Origin: Malacoraja senta
Taxonomy: Eukaryota
Length of the DNA stretch: 64,000 bases
Direction of reading: 5' to 3'
NCBI GenBank assembly: GCA_038087875.1
Contig: CM075991.1
Span: 11,842,001-11,906,000, forward strand
The first letter of the stretch is position 1. The number at the start of each line of letters is the position of its first letter. The position numbers were made by a program, and so were the translations under genes. Under the pieces are notes generated by a model that ran no database searches, was not told where the DNA came from, and was given only the letters and a program-made list of their open reading frames with translations. This document shows positions 21,360 to 32,100 of the stretch, one piece after another.

Positions 21360-21365
21360 AATAAA
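21360..21365 (+). terminator. Candidate ENKD1 polyadenylation signal
   Basis: AATAAA 100 nt downstream of a strong acceptor at 21260. Confidence 0.45.
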
Positions 21366-21635
21366 CTGACAGAATATTTTTTTATAATAATTAAATGTTC
21401 ATTTTGTGATTCCAATGTTATTAAATTTATCAATTTTTGAAACAAGTGTTTTTGTTCTTTGAGACCTATAATAAGGGAAATATTTGGATCGTCAAAACTT
21501 CAAAGGAGAGGAGGTTTTTTTGCCTTGTTTATGTAGCATTCCCAGACCATCCTCCTATCCTTGCAGCCCCCTGACTCAATATCAAATTTCCCAACCTCCA
21601 ATAACTTGCTTTCTTTGCCTATATCAGAACTGTGT

Positions 21636-21873
21636 GCGGCATGGTGGCGCAGCGGTAGAGTTGCTGTCTTACAGCGCCAGAGACACGGGTTTGATCCCGA
21701 CCACGGGTGCTGTCTGTACGGAGTTTATACGTTCTCCCCGTGACCTGCGTGGGTTTTCTCCGGGTGTTCTGGTTTCTTCCCACATCCCAAAGGGTTGTAG
21801 GTTAATTGGCTTGGCAGAAATGTAAATTGTCCTGTAGAAGGGCCTGTTTCCGTGCTGTATCTCTAAACTAAAC
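21636..21873 (+). mobile_element. HE1-type V-SINE
   Basis: TGGCGCAGCGG A-box head, V-core, CTAAACTAAAC tail. Confidence 0.85.
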
Positions 21874-22839
21874 TGGTCACTTTTTGCTACAAGTAATTAT
21901 CTGTGATATTGGCTCGGGTTATTTTTTCTCACTTGTTCCCTCTCCATTAACACACGTATTTGCAACTCATCACACTTCTTTATAGCAACAAACAATCTGC
22001 CGGAGGAACTCAACGGCCAGGCAGCAGCCATGAGGGGAAAATAATTGCCGCAGATACCGCTCAACCCACAGATCCTCCAGCAGACTGTTCCACACCTAGT
22101 TATCCTCTGACTGCCCTCATTAACAATATATTCCCTTTGCAGAATGTGACCAAACCCTACATGGCGGCAAAGTTTGAAGTGGAAACGTTTGTGGCATTGA
22201 TGCATTGTAAATAAAATGTTATAGTAACAACATTTAGGTTTGTTATTATATATACAGAAGTACAGTGAAAATCTTTGTGTTGCATGCTATCCAAGCAGAT
22301 CAGATATTCCATACATAGTTACAATCAGTTCAAACACAGGTACAATAAACAGAGCAAAGGGGAAGATACAGAGTTCTCAGCGTTGTAGCATATCATTTAT
22401 TTTCACAATGTTCCCAATGTCAATGGGATGGAGGTGAAATGGAAAGTGCCCTTGCTTATGGAAGGACTGTTCAGAGGCCTGTTAACAGACACTCGCTGAA
22501 CAGGTACAGGGATAAGGAAGGTTTTGATGGATATGGACCAAATGGGACCAACTTAGATGGGGCATCTTGGTCGGCATGGACGAGTTGGGCTGAAGGGCCT
22601 GTTAGTGCTGTATTTCTATTTGAAGGCACAATGAATGTGACTCTATTTGATGGCACAAAAGCAATACAATGACAGCATTTTCTATGCATATTTCTGAAAT
22701 AACAATGCATGTGGACGTGGCATTCCCAGGGACACGTTGCCCGACTTTCTATTGGGGTTTCTGCACTCTCTCTCTGCAATAAAGCCAATAAATGAACCGT
22801 ATAATGAGGTTTATAAATATAGTGTAAGGCTGGTTGCAG

Positions 22840-22961
22840 CCAGAGGCCTGGGCGGGGGCGCGCACGCACGGTTTAAATCCCCGGGCAGCGGGGGCGCGCA
22901 CGCGGCCTAGCGACGCAGCAGAAGCCTGAGCTGACATTGTGACGGCGGTCGCCTGCCCGGG

Positions 22962-23002
<41 letters not shown>

Positions 23003-23047
23003 AAGGAGGCTGCCGTTCGGGCGGGCCTTGCACCGAGAGCCGCCGCC
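22840..23047 (+). promoter_or_regulatory. POLB CpG-island promoter / 5'UTR
   Basis: GC box at 22850-22855; 15-bp direct repeat CGGGGGCGCGCACGC (NRF1-like) at 22853 and 22889; half-CRE TGACG at 22940; good Kozak GCCGCCATGA. Confidence 0.7.
22963..23001 (+). repeat. (GGGACA)6GGG tandem repeat just upstream of the POLB ATG
   Basis: Six exact hexamers giving seven G3 tracts. Confidence 0.95.
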
Positions 23048-23108
23048 ATGAGCAAGAGGAAAGCGCCGCAGGAGTCGCTGAACGAGGGGATCACCGACTT
23101 CCTGATCG
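23048..23108 (+). CDS. POLB: POLB exon 1
   Basis: [20 protein letters not shown]; G|gtaatg donor. Confidence 0.97.
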
Positions 23109-26100
23109 GTAATGGAGGCTGGGAGACAGCGCGTTCAATCCCCTTCCCCTCTCCCCCTCTCCCCCCCCCTTCCCCTCTCTCCTTCCCCTTCCCCTCTCTC
23201 CTTCCCCTTCCCCTCTCTCCTTCCCCTTCCCCTCTCTCCTTCCCCTTCCCCTCTCTCCTTCCCCTTCCCCTCTCTCCTTCCCCTTCCCCTCTCTCCTTCC
23301 CCTTCCCCTCTCTCCTTCCCCTTCCCCTCTCTCCTTCCCCTTCCCCTCTCTCCTTCCCCTTCCCCTCTCTCCTTCCCCTTCCCCTCTCTCCTTCCCCTTC
23401 CCCTCTCCCCCTCCCCTTCCCCTCTCCCCCTCCCCTCTCCCCTTCCCCTCTCCCCCCCTCCCCTCTCCCCCCCTTCCCCTCTCCCCCCCTTCCCCTCTCC
23501 CCCCCCTTCCCCCCCCCCTTCCCCTCTCCCCCCCTTCCCCTCTCCCCCCCATTCCCCGCTCCCCCCTTTCCCCTCTCCCCCTTTCCCCTCTCCCCCCTTT
23601 CCCCTCTCCCCCCTTTCCCCTCACCCCCTCCCTTTCCCCTCTCCCCCTTCCCCTCTCCCCCTCCCCTTCCCCTCTCCCCCCCTTCCCCTCTCCCCCCTTC
23701 CCCTCTCCCCCCCTTCCCCTCTCCCCCCCTTCCCCTCTCCCCCCCTTCCCCTCTCCCCCCTTCCCCTCTCCCCCCCTTTCCCCTCTCCCCCCCCTTTCCC
23801 CTCTTCCCCTTTCCCCTCTCCCCCCTTTCCCTTCCTTCCCCTTTCCCCTCTCCCTCTCCCCTCTCCCCCATTTCCCCCATTCCCCTCCCCCTCTTCCTCT
23901 CTTCTCTCCCTGGGGTAACAGTTGCCCTCACCCCCCACTGCCACTTCTCCCCAGGGTAACGTCTTCCTCCCCCCCTGGGGTAAATTGCCCTCACCCCACT
24001 GTCCCCACTCTCCCCAGGGTAATAGTCATCCTCACCCTCCCCCACTCCCCCACCCTCCTTCTCCCCTGGTTACAGTTACCCCCTCTCCCTGGGGTAACTG
24101 TTGCCCTCAACCCCCCCACTGCCCTCTCTTTGAAACATACCTGGTTGTTTTATTTTGCAGAACTGGCTAACTTTGAGAGGAATGTGAATCGAGCAATGCA
24201 CAAGTACAATGCTTACAGGTAATCCTCACTATCAGTAGCATTGACGTCCGCAAGATCCCAGTTAACAGCTGCATTCTTCCCAGGGTTCCTGACCTAATCA
24301 ACAATCAATGTGGTGGAGGGGGTCAGGCAGCATCTGTGGAGGGAATGGACAGGTGACATTTTGGGTCTGGACCCTCCTTCATACTGATGGGGGGGGGGGT
24401 GGGGAGTAAGCTGGAAAAGAGAGGTAGAGCCGGAGCAAGTGATAGGTGTATGCACTTCAGTTGACTTGGGTCAATGGCTCCTGCATAATATTGGTCCCCT
24501 CAGTAAACCCAGTTCATCACCCCTATCAGGGGGTGCTTCCAATTGGATCCAGAATGATGTTCTGGACAAACAAATGAGTTACTCTAGCAATGGTTCCTAA
24601 TATGAACCACATGATGAGTATACTTCAAACTTTAATTTCACATTTTAATTGGTTTAGTTTATTTAGTTTAGATACAGCCCACCAAGTCCGCACCGACCAG
24701 CGATCCTCGCACATTAACACTATCCTACACACACTAGGGACAATTTACACTTATACCAAGCCAATTAACCTACAAACTTGCATGTCTTTGGAGTGTGGGA
24801 GGAAACCAAAGATCTCGGAGGAAACCCACGCATTCACGGGGAGAACGTACAAACTCCATACAGACAACACCCATAGTCGGGATCGAACCCGGGTCTCCGG
24901 CCCTGCAAGCGCTTAAGGCAGCAACTCTACCGCTGCGCCACCGTGCCGCTGTTGTCCTGTGGTTGCTGGGTTATAAATAGAAATACACTTTCAATCTGAG
25001 TTTGTCATCTGTAAATTAGATTCTTAATTTGCAGTATACCTGCTTTCTATGTGAGGCTCACATGGAAAGGGAGAATGCGTGCAATACAATTTTACAAAAT
25101 TAATACTTTATCGAGGCTTTCTATTCTGCAGAATGATTACCAAAAACAAAGTAGACATTTGGAATGCAAGTTTGTACTTTTTGTTATCTTCTGACAGGAA
25201 AGCAGCGTCAGTTATCGCAAAATATCCAACAATAATCAAGAGTGGTGCAGAAGCTAAAAAACTGGTGAGCATTTCAATACTAAAAAAACATTTTTGTAAC
25301 GTTTCAAAATGTTGTAAACTTTAGTTATTCTTCCCAATATTTGCATAATTTAAAACATCTTAAATGAGTTAAAAAATGACAGGGTATCCGAGGAGTTTTG
25401 TGAGATAGAATGCATTAATTTATATTTGCAATACGTTTTAGGAAGGAGTTGGTGACAGGATTGCAAAGAAGATTGACGAGTTTCTAGCAACAGGAAAGTT
25501 GCAAAAGCTGGAAAAGGTACAGCATGGATTATTTATTCAATTAACCCGTTCGATTGTTAATCACCTGTTTAGATTTATTCCAGATTAATGGTACGGGATG
25601 ATCGAACAATTATCCAAAGTAAGAAATCTATCAGGCGTGAAAAGAAAGCCATGTATGTTTTGCAAAGAAGATCTTCAGTTCACTTGGGTGGATACAAAAA
25701 AGACACAAAATACTGGAGTAACTCAGCGTGACAGGCAACAGCTCTGCAGAGAAGGAATGGGTGACGTCACAGGTCGAGACCCGAAACGTCACCCATTCCT
25801 TCTTTCCAGAGTTGTTGCCTGCCCCGCTGAGTTATAAAGTATTTTGTGTCTATCTTTGGTTTTAACTAGCATCTGCAGTCCTTCCTATACAAAAAAGCAC
25901 TGTACATTTTGAAAAGAGGGTAGTCCACACAACCCCGACCCCATATGTTTACCAGCGGGATTGGTATACTTAAAATCTGTTACTGTTGTGAAATCTTGCT
26001 CTAACTAAATTGATTTCCACATTTTCTATAAATGTATAACTTCAATTTTTTTCAAAATGGTTTAAAAATGAAGAAGGGTCTTGACCCAAAATGTCACCCA

Positions 26101-29100
26101 TTCCTTCTCTTCAGAGATGCTGTCTCACCCGCTGAGTTACTCCAGCGTTTTGTGTCTACCTTCATATGGTGTAAATGGTGTAAAAAGAAATTCCACATCA
26201 CATCGAGCAACTGGGAGCACATTGCACTGGACAGGCGCTCCTGGAGGAAATCCGTGCAGGAAGGAGCTGCACGTCACAAAATGGAACTAAGCCATGTCGC
26301 AGAGACAAAGCGACAGCACCGTAAGGAGAGAGAGAGAAGGAGGCTCGACGACTACCAACCACCGCCAGTCTCCACTGCCCACGTTGCACCAAGGTGTGTG
26401 GATCGCGGATCGGCCTCTACCGACATCTGCAGACCCACAAGTAGACGACCCTATGGAGAGGAGAGGACAGTCATACTCGTTTCCAGTGACCGCCGATGAT
26501 GATGGAGTTTAGACTTTTCATATGTTGATGATTACATTGAAATGTTGCTTTCTTTTCTCGCAGATTCGTCAAGATGATACCAGTTCATCTATTAACTTTT
26601 TAACAAGAGTAACCGGAATAGGGTAAGTTCTGCGGCAATAACATTTATCCCAGTGGTACTTCATTATCTGGCAAAATGGAGAGAATTCCATCTATCCCAA
26701 TAACTTTTGTTGCTGATGCCAGTATAGTTTAGTTTATTATTGTCACATGTACTGAGGTACAGTGAAAAGCTTTTGTTGTGTGCTAACAAGTCAATAGAAA
26801 GACAATATGGATATCAATGGATTTAGTGCTTTCAGAGCTACAGCAATAAAAGTAATAAAGAACTGCAGATGCCGGTATAATTCGAAGGTAGACACAAAAT
26901 GCTGGAGTAACTCAGCGGGTGAGGCAGCTTCTCTAGAGAGAAGGAATGTGCGATGGTTTGAGGACGTTTTCAAGGATGGAGTTTAAGAGATTGGAGACCT
27001 CGGAAGTTTTCAGCTCAGAATAAGGAAAAATTATGTTTAACTGATGGCGTAAGGGCTAAGATTTGCCACGGGAAGTGAGTTGGTGTCCTGGTCAATTTAA
27101 AATAATGGGCAATAGAACAATAACAGGGGAATGAGGTGAAATATTTTGGAAGGGATTTAAACGGGATTGTACCCAGTCACGTACTAATGCGTGTTGCTAC
27201 TTTGCAGACCTGCGGCAGCGAGAAAGTTTGTGGAGGAGGGAATCAAGACTTTGGATGGTACGATATTTGAGCCCACATTTTTTTAAACTACAACAACACC
27301 AGGCTGTAAAGTTACAATCTTAAATTTAAAAATTAATTGCCCGTAAATAATAATACATATGAAAATGTTCCTTTAATTCTTTGCTAAGTATGTGCAATAT
27401 ATTTCCTGACAATGCAAAGTATTTATTTCACTTCAGCAATCTGTTAATGATTGGTCATTCATAATGAAAAGCAAAAAATCAGCAGTTAAGAAAAATAAAA
27501 ACAGAAAATGCTGGAGAAACACAGCAGGCCATGCAACATGTTTAGTTTACTTTAGAGATGCAGCGTGGAATCAGGCCGTTTGGAAGACCGAGTCCACGCC
27601 GACCTGCAATCACTCCTATGCTAATTCCATCCTACACATTAGAATGTGGCAGGAAACTGGAGCACCCAGAGGAAACCCACGTGGTCACAGGGAGAACGTA
27701 CAAACTCCAGTAGTCGGCATCGAACACGGGTCTCTGGCGCTGTGCGGCAGCAACCCTGGCAGGGCCCTCCATTTTGAGCATTTACAATTGGGGATGAGTA
27801 AGAGGTCACATCTAGAGAACTATGGGGCTGGAGTTGAATATAGGGATGGGAAGATAAAGTGTTAAGTGCACAGCTCAAACCCATTTACATGGCCACTGTG
27901 ATGATCATCTTTAAATGTACCGCTCTTTGAGAGGAACAGTTAGCCCTCTGGAACGGGAAAACAATTTGATCTAATTATTGGCAGTAATTTTTTTCTGTCA
28001 TTTGAGGTCTAAATGGCTAGTAATGATTTGAAATATAATTTCTCTGATCTACAGATCTGAGAGAGAATGAACACATACTGAATTATCATCAGCGGATTGG
28101 CTTGAAGTAAGTGTTTTCGTGGTGGAGCCATTTTGTCATAAATGGAATGAGACACAGCACGGGATCAAGTATTAATGGCGTAAGATTTGGTGCAGTGAGC
28201 AACTTTGCTTGCCGCAAATTGTTTGTGGTGGTGCCTACAATCATCATACAGTGTTTTAAACAGGCTCTTCAGCCCAACTTGTCCACGCTGACCAACGTGG
28301 GCAATGTGAGCCTGAAGACTAACGTCCAGGTTCAGGAACAGCTACTTCCCAACAGCCATCAGGCTATAAAACACAACGAATAAGCTCTGAGCTCTGAACT
28401 GCAAAAGACTATATTATTATATGTTATTTGCACTATATTTGTTATTTATTGAACTTTTTATTTTTCTTTTTTTTCTCCCGTTATATACAATGTTTACATA
28501 TTCACATATTCTGTTGTGCTGCAGCAAGTAAGAATTTCATTGTCCCGTCCGGGACATATGACAATAAAACACTCTTGACTGTTGACATGCCCCATCAACA
28601 CTCGTCCCACCTGCCTTTGTTTGGCCCATATCCTTCTAAACCAGACCGATTCATGTACCTGTCCAAACATTGTGGCAGGAACTACCTCCTCTGGCAGCTC
28701 GTCCAATACACCCACCATCCTCTGCGTTTAAAAAAAAAAGTTGCCTCTCAGGTTCCTATTAAATCTTTTCCCTCAGCGAGAGTTTGTGAGTTTGCCAGAA
28801 CAGCAGAGAGAGCCAAAGTGAAAGTCTGAAAGAGGGCACCACCCCCTGCCTTTCTTTATAGTTAATCACTAAAACCTTTGCAGTCCTCTTTGGACCCAGA
28901 CAGTCACCTTTATTCTCCTTTGACTTCTCCTGCCACATACCTTTTCTCTGCAAGAGTGTAAATGTCTATCTATTGGTCATTTGGAGAAAAATTACTTTGA
29001 AGGGACAGTAGTATTGGCAAAGAGCTTGTGGTCAAAATGATTTTACACAACACAAAATGGGCGGAATAAGATTTTTAGAGAACTGACAGGCAGGTGTATG

Positions 29101-32100
29101 TTCCATTTAAATCTGAAAGGTGAAGTATACCTTTGTAATCAGAGCCTTGCAGCCAATTATTAAAGTTTTAATGTACCTATTGTAATTTCAAGTTGGAGGA
29201 AGTAGTTTTATGGGAATTCATGATTCAGCCAGCTATTTTGTTTTACTCCTTGGTTAAGAAAGTTAGTTTGAACCTGTTAAATCTCCCTGTTGTGCTTTAA
29301 AGGATATGGAGACAAATCTGAAATTATCCACAATAATTGAGCATGAATTTTCCAAATAGATTAACCTTAAAGACTTCAAAATGTTTTACGTTAAGGACAC
29401 AACCTTTGTGTTTAATTTGTTTGCTGATTTGGTACATTGGCTAAAATTGGAGTTGGGGGAAATTTTAATCATTTCATTTCATTTTTTTAGATAGTTTTTC
29501 TTAAATTTGAGCAATTGTGTTGTGCAGGTATTTGCTTGATGTGCTAAAGCCCTCTGGTGGCAATAAAAGGGATAACTAAACAACTTTTAGTTTTGGACAA
29601 TAAGATTATAAGTGATAGGTGGAGAATTAAGCCATTCGACCCATCAAGTCTACTCTGCCAATCAATCATGGCTGATCTATCTCTCCCTCCTAACCCCATT
29701 CTCCTGCCTTCTCCCCATAACCTCTGACAATAACTTAGTCACACTGCACATGTAATAATCTCGGAAATATTTTTCTTGAAATGGATTTCAAAATGGAGGC
29801 TGGGCAGTAACACAACGTTTAATGTGTTACATGGATCGCACAATTATAGTTTGGATCTGAAACTTGAGTTTCTACCTTGTGCTTCATGTTAGTTAGTATA
29901 TTATATGCAGTGCAGGAGGATTGGCGAGATTTGAAGGTACTCCCTTGGTATTGTGGCAAAGTAGTTGTTATTTTTCGTAAATTAACCTACATTTAACCTA
30001 CAGGGGCGACCTATAATAGGCGAGTTCAGATGGAATTGCTTTCCAATTACTACGTGCTCATAGTTATTTTATTGATCCCTGTAGGTATTTTGAGGACTTT
30101 GAAAAGCGAATTCCTCGGACAGAAATGGTGAAAATGCAGGTAAGGCAAAGAGACCTTAAACTGGGTAAGATGTGTAGGAAAGAACTGTAGATGCTGGTTA
30201 AAATCGAAGGTAGACACAAAATGCTGGAGTAACTCAGCAGGACAGGCAGCATCTGTGGAGAGAAGGAATGGGTGATGTTTTGGGTCTCGATTAGAGATAC
30301 CGCGTGGAAACAGGCCCTTCGGCCCACTGAGTCCCCACCGACCAGCGATCCCCACACATTAACACTATCCTACACACACTAGGGACATTTTTTTACATTT
30401 ATATCAAGCCAATTAACCTACAAGCCTGTACGTCTTTGGAGTGTGGGAGGAAACCGAAGATCTCGGAGAAAACCCACGCAGGTCACGGGGAGAACGTACA
30501 AACTCCGTACAGATAGCACCCGGGTTTCTGGCGCTATAAGGCAGCAACTCTACTGCTGAGCCACAGTGCCACCCTTAAACTTTGTAGTTACTTGATTGGT
30601 CTCAATGCTTGGGAGGTTCTGACATAATGGAAGGAATTGCACAAATGCGTTTTATTTCCCCTTCGACCTCTACTGCAATTTTTTTTATCGATAATTATTG
30701 TTCTCTTTTGAAAACTTGTTGAAATTAGTTCTAAGAAGCCGTCAGTCAAATGTTTCCTCATCTTTAGTCCTCATACACATCCTCTGGTTTTTCACCATGA
30801 GCCATTGGAAACTATTTCACAGGTAGACAAAAGTGCTGAAGAAACTCAGCAGGTGCAGCAGCATCTATGGAGCGAAGGAAATAGGCAACGTCTGAAGAAG
30901 GGTTTCGGCCCGAAACGTTGCCTATTTCCTTCGCTCCATAGATGCTGCTGCACCCGCTGAGTTTCTTCAGCACTTTTGTCTACCTTCGATTTTCCAGCAT
31001 CTGCAGTTCCTTCTTAAACACTTGGAAACTATTTCACGCTGCTTATTTAAACCTATCATTATTTTCACACTTGCATCTAATCTCCAGTTAGTCTTCCCCT
31101 GCTGCAAGGAGAATAATCTCAAACTCTCTGGATGATTTATAAAACGCCAATGAATAGTTGGGAATAATGAATCCCTGTAATCATTTAGTAAATCTCTGCT
31201 CTTTAGGGAAAACTGCCACACCATTCCTAAATTTGGTGCTTAGCAATTATCATTCCCTGAATATCTATGTGCCTATCCAGAATCCTATTAAATGGCAGCG
31301 TGTTCCTGGCACACACCACCTTCCTTCTGTGTAAAACTAAAAAACTTGCCCCGCACATCTCTGTTAAACATTGCCTGCACATGATCCCTGCATATCCACG
31401 TAATTTTACCACAGTAGAGTTGAAGTGAATGAAAGATCTGCCACACAGTCACGAGTGTCTCTTCTGCTTCTACTTAGCTTCGTGAATTTTAATTATTTTT
31501 GTCTCTTTTACTCTTTAGGCTATAGCTCTGAGGGAGGTGGAAAAATTCGATTCTAAATATGTCGCCACCGTTTGTGGCAGCTTCAGACGAGGTTGGTACA
31601 TTCTGCTTTCTGCATTAGCAAAATGAAAAATGGCAAATGGAATACTTGCTCTTGTGCCTAAACCAGGATACCATTTGATGATTTTCTTAACTTTTCCTTG
31701 CCTATTTTTTAAATGTTGCCTGCTTTAAAAGTAGATTTTTTTTTTTTTAATGGATCAAATTGCCAAGGATGTGTGCAAATTCACAGTGTGCTGAAGGGGA
31801 CTGGATAAGCTCTCACTGTGGTTGATCGGGGGGCTTTAAAAAACAGGAGAACTTATCACTTGTGATCTTGAGACTTATCCACTCCTCTCAATGTCTCCAT
31901 TTCTACCACATCTGCTCCTAAGATAAGGCTTTCCATCCAAGATGTCTTCTTTTGTTAGTAAACGTGGTTTCCCCTCCCGCTGTCACGGATGGATCCTTGA
32001 ACCATGTCTCCTCCGTGGCCAGTGGTTCTGCTTTTGCTCCCCCTCCCCCCCAGGCGCAACTAGGACAGAGTTCCCCATGTCCTCATTTTTCACCCCACCA

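Noticed and set aside
22873-24045. 390-aa Gly/Glu/Arg ORF antisense to POLB exon 1, and 303-aa Pro-rich read-through
   Set aside because: Produced by the C/T minisatellite; exon 1 has a good donor at 23108 and the canonical 61-nt size.
26032-26499. 155-aa ORF as a nested host gene
   Set aside because: A chimera of a Penelope-derived tail and an RTE LINE end.
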